64,000 nucleotides of DNA from positions 32,001-96,000 of IMG/VR virus record IMGVR_UViG_3300033984_000416. The stretch is one strand, 5' to 3'. The stretch comes from a virus. Below the pieces are notes generated by a model that did not search any database, had not been told where the DNA came from, and saw nothing but the letters and a program-made list of their open reading frames with translations. A program made the position numbers and the translations under genes. This document shows, in pieces, positions 33,301 to 41,312 of this stretch. Within the stretch, counting starts at the first letter, position 1, and each line of letters opens with the position of its first letter.

Positions 33301-33742
33301 TTCCACTTATTTTTTCCTCATTTTGAAATATTGAACTTCCTCTAACGTCAATAAAATTAATAGTAACCATAGGGGCCATTGACGAATTAAAATCTATATC
33401 AATAGACGTTATCCCTAATGTTTCATCATTGGTTGTATCTTTATCAAATACCGTTGTTAAGTCGGTGTATTTTGTTGTTAAAACTCTTTGACCAGAAATT
33501 TCACTACCTTCAATGAAATTAATAGAAATGTTGCTGGTACTTTCTCTAGTACCATCATCACCACCTTCTTTTGTTAAAACAGTTCTTCCCTTTTTTTTAG
33601 TTCTTAAAACTACAGATATATTCAAATCCTCTAAAGGAACTGAAATATTACTACTAGAATTAAAACCATCAAAACTATTTGGGTCGACAATTTTTAAACC
33701 ACCAGATTGACAACCTATTTTATTTGTTATGTTACTCGCCAT
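27398..33742 (-). CDS. Baseplate hub protein (2114 aa) with C-terminal M15 (VanY-like) peptidase and SleB/Hydrolase_2-like muralytic domains
   Basis: Hub-like SIDIDF...VTINFIDVRG and YTAEIEMMGN...YMITRVKHSI; SAYRT...SNHQWGIAID...EYWH (M15 Zn motif); SLEAGG...DVAQSIYNRV...TIKEVV...GQYEP (SleB-like). Confidence 0.8.
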   Translation of the reverse strand: MASNITNKIGCQSGGLKIVDPNSFDGFNSSSNISVPLEDLNISVVLRTKKKGRTVLTKEGGDDGTRESTSNISINFIEGSEISGQRVLTTKYTDLTTVFDKDTTNDETLGITSIDIDFNSSMAPMVTINFIDVRGSSIFQNEEKISGNNSGNKYATFFQLPYPLFELEIKGYYGLPVTYCLHMLKFSSKFNSQTGNFEIQCQFIGYTYAMLSDMLIGYLKAIPFTTIGEDKYQKYRDNRKADAPQLLTLVELMQAISKVNKGISKLSSSSKNAAATNTINKALESLDAIEIVMRVLGQVIDIDTNKERYPYIVKLHEVSDTDKINQDRAIGLYSENIKTNIDTFNAFKAGAQLVLKEFQDISIAGPGKGFYGNLTLEMLDPATSDPAVDEVLKQTLGSPSDFSKFKKELYDYLNTNYKFNHPKVVVDIYNMNLLFEKISVARTQIEQNLKGAKEEFAKELKSSVAKDLGFEPTVRNITEVFTAAVEVFMETIFDVSVAAEFEPNDPRTTQLEKKFKTDIVNSDLTQRHLDTKKYFSWPDYREKDEKTKSYVEKYLGTLGVLEKPKDVNELVFIDDLLAAFLKAAKASEDVKADTEKQETTWFPSNPIDTSIFNTTEPYSRMEFKNYDEVARLMVIRGMTFLGYTNDETIMTSDDIISMAEIESEAILRGVKDPKIKSSMSMLTLSAVTSVIGEIDLNARGALPTNVIKPLGDNYFYNYIGGNPVSTKTKTYTYSNPDLHMVIPINGGYTGKWIIEPAKTSLKSKEEGYIFLTNYSSNYGTATTINGDFSKPDDGGVYIKILKADEFKTKALLYPAPEKVKPENNMLILEKLSADEIVDNSAGYNTFGGPLGIQEYANLDYGNGMTKLPLEFVFYKNTDGGLAYNRKKHDNSPDGSSATSWSDFKKTGNIRLPANKEEFYKGWYKGKKIDTLHLDLGKNRDFFNEWINNNVKDITYPYVEQRAFMFKASENVNYRDAYDEDSFSLFGSYFYYNQGYARITTSSNSTVPCGDYSKAFLFLNSLPWNTTKGSALETNEIKHLFDKKGGFVHAPRLWCAYIGSIIWRKQTNNPVVEGGKITGGGSGKNDPILWHKNLTQTFTPPTRDMYVTALELTALIDYQEIDDEHLINRLPQQVKNEFKRMFFEFVNGTDGMISWKSISENLEIWTGSGGDFNVWLKALRVTITLDKDKDVYNVPASSFTNPNFRNGSNGKAYKIITPLPTTDGSSASVHTDYLALELDGDYTNNSAVTTLMSALMQPVIIANTGYKIWTKVGTTTTQVGTYGGSGAIGGGGSASVATTNRNEFEEISVTKKNFDLYINTILKKLQTTASAYSDVNVKKNLEQSLFGTANEDVIKLQLYRTCKNIRDKWLAGTTSADKILYQCGGVDGGRSNVDAKLGDHYGNKTPKFIDSFRFVSRSFKDIGDKLYINPLPINDYLVENSNTSAYDAISSMLASNKFDFVALPTFINFRDPKEVESIFKPFPNYGEAVTKGSCGPTFVCVYSGQKSKHLDYKNADYPDDGINLRCDENGNVSPSTVPDDFTTDLNDFEDGMGVFTVKYSQQNQNIFKDINLDQSEFSETDESLQIQEDISQKGSETNRTIAGQNIYNVYSVRSYTAEIEMMGNAMIQPMMYFQLDNIPMFHGAYMITRVKHSIKPNSMMTNFSGVRIKYTETPLMTAMDLYMSLAEGMDTSQAGDGAVTNVSSTKAYPAIVLTIIDNGGSPSNIEAKNIKLLEIPTIAGISNQLTSKNDKHKNRLIAEAIVPLENMLKDWVTWMKENGFKGTDNGKTFARITSAYRTEADQAAAGSNASKGVSNHQWGIAIDLGYFEKDGTKIDNTNGLVKYFDIANNPALEWLLENSYRYGFELPYLMRDGVGSYNEYWHFEYQGTAAQYCAKDNPTSTGGYKIKKFQAQFDFVKNPKSNDGKDSIYKDCIYKQIKYKDGVEIVLGDKADYWALMAICSLEAGGPQSRADVAQSIYNRVSVPKQPYGKTIKEVVVQEGQYEPTFKNRPEWKAISDEQTAIKAVMNSKSITSSKAKSFLTETIAALKDTTLQENSRSFIGTRTEFLAYNPKSSKAVGVISRTPDKTNNNFYWEYAGKQIKDGTPPNPPNLASYA

Positions 33743-34052
33743 ATAATGCTTTATGATTATTTACTTGTGTTATATATCTTGACACAGCACTATCGAAAGG
33801 AAAAGGAATCCTAATCAAAGTCATATCTGGTATATTAAATTCTAAACCACCAAATTGTGGGTTGGCTAACATAATCAACCAACCACTGTATGCATTATTA
33901 TAATACATGTTACTCATTTTGTCAAGTCTACTTAACCCTTGTTTATAAACCATTGATTTATCCGAACCAGATTCTGGGATAGTTATCCCAGGTAAAGGTT
34001 TCATATCTGCATTTACTCTAAATGCGTTATATCTGTCGTAATATTCTGCCAT
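33732..34052 (-). CDS. LysM-like baseplate protein (T4 gp53 / P2 gpX-like)
   Basis: RLDKMSNMYYNNAYSGWLIMLANP...IRIP pattern, in the canonical position next to the hub. Confidence 0.8.
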   Translation of the reverse strand: MAEYYDRYNAFRVNADMKPLPGITIPESGSDKSMVYKQGLSRLDKMSNMYYNNAYSGWLIMLANPQFGGLEFNIPDMTLIRIPFPFDSAVSRYITQVNNHKALYGE

Positions 34053-34054
34053 AA

Positions 34055-37000
34055 TTAATTTTGATATACTAGTGCTTTTGTTGCTGTTATTGTTTTTTTA
34101 CCACCACCTACAAGGTCTTTTATTTCAAGTCTTAACCTAAAACCGATATCAATAGTATAATTTCTTTCGCTAGCTGGTTTTGCTTCTTGTATTGCTACAT
34201 TACAAGCAATTAAACTCTGTTGTTGTGCAATTAAGTTATTAAATTTAGCTCTACCACCAAGTCGAGTGTCCTCATCAACCCAAACATAAACGTTTGCATG
34301 GTTAAACCATTGTGTTGTTATCTTTTTACCTTCTTTAGTTTCAACAACACCATCTTTTGTTAATAAAATACTACCGATAAAGTCACCGTTGGTGTCTGAG
34401 CTTGCAATCATATCTTTTGGACATGCTTTTGCACAGTTGTCATAACTAGCACCGTTTTTAGGTATCATAGCTTGAACTAAATACATATCTATTTGGAAAT
34501 CAGTTGTTGGTTTTATAACAACACCAGCACTATCTGTTTTAAAATTTAAAAAAGAATAAACAAATTGACTTGATTTACCAACGTGAAAGTATTCATCAAC
34601 AGCTGTAATATTATCTATTGTAAATGGACCGCCAGTTGGTGAAACTGCCGCTACTTGTGCTACTGGTGCTCCAGCGGCAATCTCAGCTGTTTTTACTTGG
34701 TTTGTTTCTGGTGTGTTATCTACAATGTCTGTCGCTGTAATAACTGTTTCTGGATTTGACATATCTAAATTACCGTTATTCAAATAATAACCAGTGTTGC
34801 TCAATGGTGCCATATTTGACATCGGTAAATCTTTACCATCTTTACCTTTAACGTTATAAGTTGGTCTTTCTTTTGTAACATAATCAGCTCTAGGGTCATA
34901 TACTTGTGAATTTGCAAAATAATTGAACGACAAAGCATTTTGTAATTTATTGATTGGACTCATAAGCGTTGAACCACCTATAAATTTGAATGAAATATTA
35001 ACGTTGGCAATCATTGGTTGAACACCTATACCTTCTGGGTTAAGGTCCCATACCAATGGTTCGTAATCAATAGCTACGCTGTCCATAACAATTTTTGTGT
35101 TATAGAAATCACCTATTCTTAAGATACAAATTGGTGGTCTACCAAATGCTAAGTTGTTAGCACCTTGAGCTTCAGAAGTTGGTCCTTGTCTTGTACATTG
35201 TAATAAAAATGTAAGTCTAGAGTTTAAACCTTCTGGTGTTGTCGAGTGAAACGCTGGGTGAAAATATCTAATTTTCTCTCTAAACGAATCAAACACTAGT
35301 GGGTCATAATCTGCTAGTTTTTCAAAGTATAAACATTCATCATAAAACCTATTCGTAATCTTTGTGTTCACATTTTGTGGTATTTTTTTAATAACTGGGT
35401 CTGGTTGTGCAACATCTGCCGCAGCTAATTCAGCGTCAAAAACAAAATGTATCACCGCTTTTCTATCTTGTTTACATGCAACACTATCAGTATCAGCACC
35501 ATGGTTAGGTATACAACCAGTATTAGTTAAAGCTATTCCTGGATTAGCTTTAAATCTTTTTTTAGTGTCACCACCAATGTGTGGCCCTAATTTTACATCT
35601 CTAAGGTCTTCCATAATAGCTTTTGCTCTTGCGTCAGCTAATTTTTGATTGTATTTAGCACTACCTTGTGGGCTGGCATATCCTGTTACTTCAACTCTAC
35701 AATGTGGACATTTTTGTGATAAATGGTCGATAAGAGCTGGAATATATAACGGGTCATAATAACCATAAAATTCTTGAACACCGATTCTAGAAGGTACGGT
35801 ATATGGTCCTTTATAATTTAAACCAAAGTTATATCTATCTGGCCATTTTTCAGTATTTCCAGGTGTAAAACTACTAGGATAATTACCTAACCCGTATCCG
35901 ATACCAGCTGGGTTTACATTGTAATCAATTGTATTTGTTGTTGACGAACCACTTAAACCACTTTCATAAGACATTGGTAGAATTGCATTATCGTTTGGAA
36001 AATATACAACCATATCATCTGGAACAAATTCTTCTGGAACAACTTTTTGTTGTGGTATCACTAAATCTCTAGTTGCTATTTTACTTTTCTCACTTACAGT
36101 TAATTTTTCACCCCATTTACTATTAGGGTCAATACAACCAGCCCAAAATGAATTAATATAATGGTCATCTGGTCCAGTTTCACCTCTAAACGCATTTATA
36201 TAACTAGGGTGGTCAACAACGATTTGAAATGATAAGTTACCACTTCTTTCAGTATTATTATAAGTGTAAACAGGTTCACCTCTACCAATAAAATTGTTAG
36301 ATTCCCAGTTTACAGAACTATTTTCACTAAATTTGATATTGTATGGTGGAAACCACATGATTCTACCTTTTTTACCGCTACTTAAATCTCCAGGACCTCT
36401 CTCGCATTCTGGCAAATTTTCTTTGGCATCGTGCCATGCAAGGTTTTCAATTGAAAACATAAATTTTTTAGGGTCTGTAGCTTTATCAGTTGTGTATGGA
36501 GCTATTTTAACAAAACCATTATCATCTAACACTGAATTTTCAGTATTAAACCTATATGGTACATTAGGGCTATCCCATAATCCACGAGCTCTAACCAAAT
36601 TGTATACCGTATCGTATCTATCTAAAGTCGTCCAACTTCTACAATATACATCACCAGCTGTTTTACCAGTTGCTGTACCCATGTATCTACCTGTAGTTTG
36701 GTCAAACATAGAACCTTGCATTACAGCATTACCCTTTGAAAACCCACCACCATTGGCTGTTGATATTTGACTTGAATGTTTACCCATATCACCTTTTTGT
36801 GAAACGATGTTTTTCATCGCTTTACTATTGAATAATTTTTGAGTTTTAACCAAAAGTGATTTTTTATCACCTAATAATTCATCATATTGAACTGTTTTAT
36901 TTACCGATTCACCATTACTAGTTGTCCATGTAAATCCAACATCACTTATTTTTCTATCATCATAACCAACATTACCTTTTGGTCCCGTATATGTTTCTTC

Positions 37001-38347
37001 TGGGCTTTTAAACCCAGCATTAGAAACCATTTCTTCTCTGTTGTAGCTAATATTTGCAATAACACCATCATCAGAACCAAATAGATTTATTATTTGACCA
37101 CCTTTATTGAAAGCATAAAGGATTCCATCGGTTATTTGAACTTCACCCTTGTTGTTAGCATATGCTGGTGCGTATCCGCTTCTAAACGATGATTTAGAGG
37201 GACTATCTATACCAGTTGGACTAACACCTAGCTGATTTGCTCTAACGTTCGTTAAAAGGGCTTGTATTTGACCCTTACCTGTATGTAGTATCATATGGTT
37301 AGCTCTATCAACATTTGATATGACACCACTTTCTGATTGAAAAATCGAACCATCATCTTCTAGATAACTTCTAGGTAACGTAAATCCTAATATTTTACCA
37401 GCAGTATCTAATATTCTACCACCAGTTGTTTTTGGGATTGTAATTTTGTAGCTTGGTCTAAAACCAGCAAGTGTACCGTTCTTAACAAGACTAAGAATGT
37501 TATTTTGAACATTTAAAGCACCCAATAATTCTTGTTGAACGTTGAATGCAGCATTATTTGCTAGTGCCAATGCTAATTGTTGTCCACCTATAGTTCCTAA
37601 CTTGGTATCGTTGATAAGACCTGTAGCACCTAATATTCTACCAGCCAATGAAGACCTAATATCAAAATTTGTTACAACACCACCTTTAGCCAAACCTAAA
37701 CCTTGACCATTCAATACACTACCAATAACGTTAGCAGCTTGAATCGCACCACTACCACCTAGATTTAAACCACCATAGGTATCTAAATAACCACTTATTT
37801 GTTGAGATGTATCTACGGGTTGTAAACCTATAAATGCCGACATATCTATTTGTTTGCTAGCATCTAAATAAAGATTTTTAATCGTGTTTTTCTTTCTAAA
37901 TTGACCATCGTTTGTTTTACCAATCAACCCATAATTATTTACATCGTCATTAGCACCTGTTGGATACGAAGTAATACCTTGCGGCCATTGTGCGTTAGGG
38001 AAATTAGAATTTACAGTTGGTATTACAAAATCTATTTGTGTTAATGCATTAGCATTTGAACCTACATTTTGAAATGTATTTGGAAGTACGTTTAAATTTT
38101 TAAATAAAATCCCTTCAACTTGTAAGGGTAACCCAATTGGAACAGTAACATTACCAGTACCAACCATAGTATCTAATACTGGTTGACCAATTCTAGGACT
38201 ACCATTCAATGAAGTTGATAGTTGAGGATAAACTGGTAATAAATTTTTATTAAGTAAAAAATCTCTAATACCATACGTTACAGCAGTACTGTTGATAGTA
38301 TTCCTTGTTGTTGGCGAAGGTGTTGAAGTGTTATAAAAGATTGGCAT
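34055..38347 (-). CDS. Tail-tube initiator / baseplate protein (1430 aa) with embedded OmpA-like domain
   Basis: WESNNFIGRGEPVYTYNNTERSGNLSF and PPICILRIGDFY...PMIANVNISF tube-initiator-like segments; VEVTGYASPQG...YNQKLADARAKAI...DRKA OmpA C-terminal motif. Confidence 0.7.
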   Translation of the reverse strand: MPIFYNTSTPSPTTRNTINSTAVTYGIRDFLLNKNLLPVYPQLSTSLNGSPRIGQPVLDTMVGTGNVTVPIGLPLQVEGILFKNLNVLPNTFQNVGSNANALTQIDFVIPTVNSNFPNAQWPQGITSYPTGANDDVNNYGLIGKTNDGQFRKKNTIKNLYLDASKQIDMSAFIGLQPVDTSQQISGYLDTYGGLNLGGSGAIQAANVIGSVLNGQGLGLAKGGVVTNFDIRSSLAGRILGATGLINDTKLGTIGGQQLALALANNAAFNVQQELLGALNVQNNILSLVKNGTLAGFRPSYKITIPKTTGGRILDTAGKILGFTLPRSYLEDDGSIFQSESGVISNVDRANHMILHTGKGQIQALLTNVRANQLGVSPTGIDSPSKSSFRSGYAPAYANNKGEVQITDGILYAFNKGGQIINLFGSDDGVIANISYNREEMVSNAGFKSPEETYTGPKGNVGYDDRKISDVGFTWTTSNGESVNKTVQYDELLGDKKSLLVKTQKLFNSKAMKNIVSQKGDMGKHSSQISTANGGGFSKGNAVMQGSMFDQTTGRYMGTATGKTAGDVYCRSWTTLDRYDTVYNLVRARGLWDSPNVPYRFNTENSVLDDNGFVKIAPYTTDKATDPKKFMFSIENLAWHDAKENLPECERGPGDLSSGKKGRIMWFPPYNIKFSENSSVNWESNNFIGRGEPVYTYNNTERSGNLSFQIVVDHPSYINAFRGETGPDDHYINSFWAGCIDPNSKWGEKLTVSEKSKIATRDLVIPQQKVVPEEFVPDDMVVYFPNDNAILPMSYESGLSGSSTTNTIDYNVNPAGIGYGLGNYPSSFTPGNTEKWPDRYNFGLNYKGPYTVPSRIGVQEFYGYYDPLYIPALIDHLSQKCPHCRVEVTGYASPQGSAKYNQKLADARAKAIMEDLRDVKLGPHIGGDTKKRFKANPGIALTNTGCIPNHGADTDSVACKQDRKAVIHFVFDAELAAADVAQPDPVIKKIPQNVNTKITNRFYDECLYFEKLADYDPLVFDSFREKIRYFHPAFHSTTPEGLNSRLTFLLQCTRQGPTSEAQGANNLAFGRPPICILRIGDFYNTKIVMDSVAIDYEPLVWDLNPEGIGVQPMIANVNISFKFIGGSTLMSPINKLQNALSFNYFANSQVYDPRADYVTKERPTYNVKGKDGKDLPMSNMAPLSNTGYYLNNGNLDMSNPETVITATDIVDNTPETNQVKTAEIAAGAPVAQVAAVSPTGGPFTIDNITAVDEYFHVGKSSQFVYSFLNFKTDSAGVVIKPTTDFQIDMYLVQAMIPKNGASYDNCAKACPKDMIASSDTNGDFIGSILLTKDGVVETKEGKKITTQWFNHANVYVWVDEDTRLGGRAKFNNLIAQQQSLIACNVAIQEAKPASERNYTIDIGFRLRLEIKDLVGGGKKTITATKALVYQN

Positions 38348-38430
38348 AAGTAACTTATTTTATATATAAATACTATAGTAGTAAAAATTTTGAAAAAATA
38401 AATGCTTATGGTGTTTTATAAAAACAAAAA

Positions 38431-38449
38431 AAGGCACAATTAGTGCCTT
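38431..38449 (-). terminator. Intrinsic terminator downstream of tape measure and of the 38541 promoter
   Basis: aaggcac-aatta-gtgcctt, followed by a 7-U tract on the minus strand. Confidence 0.8.
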
Positions 38450-38522
38450 AATTAAAAATATATAATTTTATTTATATATATTATATTATTTATATATTAA
38501 TTTTATTATTTATATATTATAT
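38448..38522. repeat. 75-nt G/C-free tract with three TTATTTATATAT copies
   Basis: Copies start at 38468, 38486 and 38506; no G or C from 38448 to 38522. Confidence 0.9.
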
Positions 38523-38540
38523 GTTATTTTTTTATTTGTA

Positions 38541-38571
38541 CAAATATACGGTTTTTTTTTCATAAAGTCAA
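38541..38571 (-). promoter_or_regulatory. Bacteroidota-type promoter with no ORF before the next terminator
   Basis: Minus strand TTG-N20-TATATTTG, almost identical in form to the SSB promoter. Confidence 0.75.
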
Positions 38572-38627
38572 GTTAATACATATAAACTTTTATAACAATA
38601 TTCTAATTGATTGATAATCAACGATAT

Positions 38628-41309
38628 TTAAGCAACGTTTGTACCACCATTTCTATTCTTTTCTAATTGTGAAGCAACAGCTCTTTGTAAATCAGAAATA
38701 AATCCAGGATTTTTTAATAAGTCTACAGCAGCTTTAGGATTTCCTGGACTATCAACGGTTATTTTACCGTTGATAACTATCTCACCAAAATCTACTTTCA
38801 TATTATTTCCACCAGATTTACTAGCATTATCAACTATACCTTTATCCTTCAAGGCAATTAAATCATCTTTATTATCAATTGGGTGAATTTTACCACCTTG
38901 AACAACACCTCTACCCTTAGAAAAATCTGAACCTAAACCCATAGCCATATCACCCATAGCACCTAAAGGGTTTAGAAAAGCACCACCAACCCTAGCCGCC
39001 ATAGAATCCATACCACCTTCAAAGAAACCATCATGTGTTGGTGTCCCAAGCGATAACCCACCATTACTACTTTTACCCCAAACAGCGTCACCACCAACAT
39101 CACCTATTTTATCACCAGCCATACCACCAGCTATACCACCAATCAAACCACCAATAGCTGTACCTACACCTGGAAAAATCATAGTACCAATAGTAGCACC
39201 TAACGCAGCACCACCCCATGCACCACCACCAGCAGCGGCAGCTCTAACACCTGTTCTACCTACGTTTTCACCAGTACCCATTCCAGCAGCAGAGTTTTCA
39301 CTATATTCATCATAACCAGATACACCAGCAGCTAATAAACCAGCACCAGCACCACCCCAACCTTTAGCGAATTTACCAATCTTAGAAGCACTTCTAAGTC
39401 TACCTCTTTTACCACCTTTACCTAATAAATCACCAAGACTATCCATAGCACCGCCACCACCGCCACCAGCACTAGCGGCTGAATTAAAACCTTGAGCCAA
39501 CAACACACCATTAGAAATCCAACTTAACTTATCCCATAACATACCACCCAACTTAGTACCTAAATAAATAGCTGCACTCATGATAGGGTTATCAATAACA
39601 AAACCAGCAATACCAGATACTAACTCACCAACGGTTGTCGCTAATTTTTCTATCTTTTCACCCCAACCACCTTTAGCAGTAAACTTATCACTTAATTCTC
39701 TTAATTTTGGTATTAAATTTTTATTAAGAGTATCAATAAATGGTATTAGATAAACTTTCAATTGATTCATTAAATCACCCAAGGATTCATCGAAAGTTCT
39801 AGCATCCTCAGCTCTTTTTTTCATTGATTCCTGTTCAACCATTTGAGCTTTAACTGCTGTAAGGTCGGCTTGTGTTAATTGCTTAAGTAATTTTTTGTCA
39901 CCATTAAGCATAATACTAGCCTCACCTTTTTTATTTAACACTGATTTGTTTGTAAGATATTCTTGTAAATCTTTACCATCTTGACCACCGCCAACACTAA
40001 AATTAATTTGAGATTTAATCTTTGTATATTTAGCTGCGTTTTTACCAGCAGTAACCAAATCATCATAAGCAACACCTGTTTGCTCAGCAATAATCTTAAG
40101 TTTATGCATTTCCATAGCACCCAAGTCAAATTCACCAGTTTTAGCGTTAAATTTAGCCGAAGCTGCCGCAGCGTTACCTAATTCTTCTGTTAAACCGTTA
40201 ACATCGTTACGAGCCATATACATCAAATGGAAAGGGTCGGCCATCTTAGCCCATTCACCCCCCATAACTTGCAATTGAGCAGACATATCAACAGCACCCT
40301 CAATATCAAACATTTTATCAGCCATGCTAGAAGCAAATTCCATATTAACACCCAACTTGGTAACTGTTTTAGCCATCTTAGCCAAACCAGCGGTACCTTC
40401 TTTAAAATTATATCTGTTAAGCATTTTCATGTTACCAGATATATTTTTCATTACTTTGGTTGCATTAAGACCCATTTTATGAGCATCATTCATAGTCTGC
40501 TCAACATACTTACCAGTACGTTCAGCTGAAAGACCTTGATTTTCCATATCAGCAGCCATTTTAGCTGACCCTTCAGCACCTAATCCACTAGCAGCGGCCA
40601 TTTGACCCATAGCGACTAAACCATCTTGACTCAACTCAACTGTTCTACCTAATTCCTCACTATATTGAGCTTGCATTGCAGATAATTCTTTTATCCCAAT
40701 ACCCATCATGTTGGTTTGAGTAGCAGCACCTCTAATGGTGTTTCTAAAACCTTCTGTTCCTTTAGAAAGAATACCCATAGATAAAGCCGACATTTTCATC
40801 GCCTTATCTAATTCAAATAACCCTAACCCCTTTATTTCACCGTAACCTTTTTTAACTAAGTTCGGTAATCCAACTACAATTTTTTCTAAACCTTTTAATG
40901 ATGTAGTAAAAGCTTTACTAGCTACAAGTGCTTTTTTATTAACACTACCTAATGCTTCGTCTAACTTTTCACCTTGTTTTTTTATTTCTTTGGTTTGAAG
41001 CTCAAGGATTCTCAATTTCTTTTTTGCAGCCTCAATAGCTGTAGCATCTTTAGAAGCAATAGCATCTTTTAATTTATCTTCTAATTTTAATGCTATTTTT
41101 TCGTTTCTAGCAATAGTTTGTTTGATTTTTTTAGAATCTTTTAACCCTTGAATATAGTCTTCTAGGCTAGCACTTACTTTTTGTCTAAGTCTAGCATCTT
41201 CTTCAAGGGCTCTGGTTGCTCTTTCAACTTCATTAGCATAAAGTGCCGCCTCTTCTTTTAGTAGTTTGGCGGCTTTAGCTGCTGCTTTTTCTTCATCACT
41301 TTTTGCCAT
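38628..41309 (-). CDS. Tail tape measure protein
   Basis: A/G/M-rich helical 893-aa protein with Gly-rich hydrophobic C-terminal segments (GAALGATIGTMIFPGVGTAIGGLIGG); lies between chaperone and baseplate genes. Confidence 0.85.
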   Translation of the reverse strand: MAKSDEEKAAAKAAKLLKEEAALYANEVERATRALEEDARLRQKVSASLEDYIQGLKDSKKIKQTIARNEKIALKLEDKLKDAIASKDATAIEAAKKKLRILELQTKEIKKQGEKLDEALGSVNKKALVASKAFTTSLKGLEKIVVGLPNLVKKGYGEIKGLGLFELDKAMKMSALSMGILSKGTEGFRNTIRGAATQTNMMGIGIKELSAMQAQYSEELGRTVELSQDGLVAMGQMAAASGLGAEGSAKMAADMENQGLSAERTGKYVEQTMNDAHKMGLNATKVMKNISGNMKMLNRYNFKEGTAGLAKMAKTVTKLGVNMEFASSMADKMFDIEGAVDMSAQLQVMGGEWAKMADPFHLMYMARNDVNGLTEELGNAAAASAKFNAKTGEFDLGAMEMHKLKIIAEQTGVAYDDLVTAGKNAAKYTKIKSQINFSVGGGQDGKDLQEYLTNKSVLNKKGEASIMLNGDKKLLKQLTQADLTAVKAQMVEQESMKKRAEDARTFDESLGDLMNQLKVYLIPFIDTLNKNLIPKLRELSDKFTAKGGWGEKIEKLATTVGELVSGIAGFVIDNPIMSAAIYLGTKLGGMLWDKLSWISNGVLLAQGFNSAASAGGGGGGAMDSLGDLLGKGGKRGRLRSASKIGKFAKGWGGAGAGLLAAGVSGYDEYSENSAAGMGTGENVGRTGVRAAAAGGGAWGGAALGATIGTMIFPGVGTAIGGLIGGIAGGMAGDKIGDVGGDAVWGKSSNGGLSLGTPTHDGFFEGGMDSMAARVGGAFLNPLGAMGDMAMGLGSDFSKGRGVVQGGKIHPIDNKDDLIALKDKGIVDNASKSGGNNMKVDFGEIVINGKITVDSPGNPKAAVDLLKNPGFISDLQRAVASQLEKNRNGGTNVA

Positions 41310-41312
41310 GGT

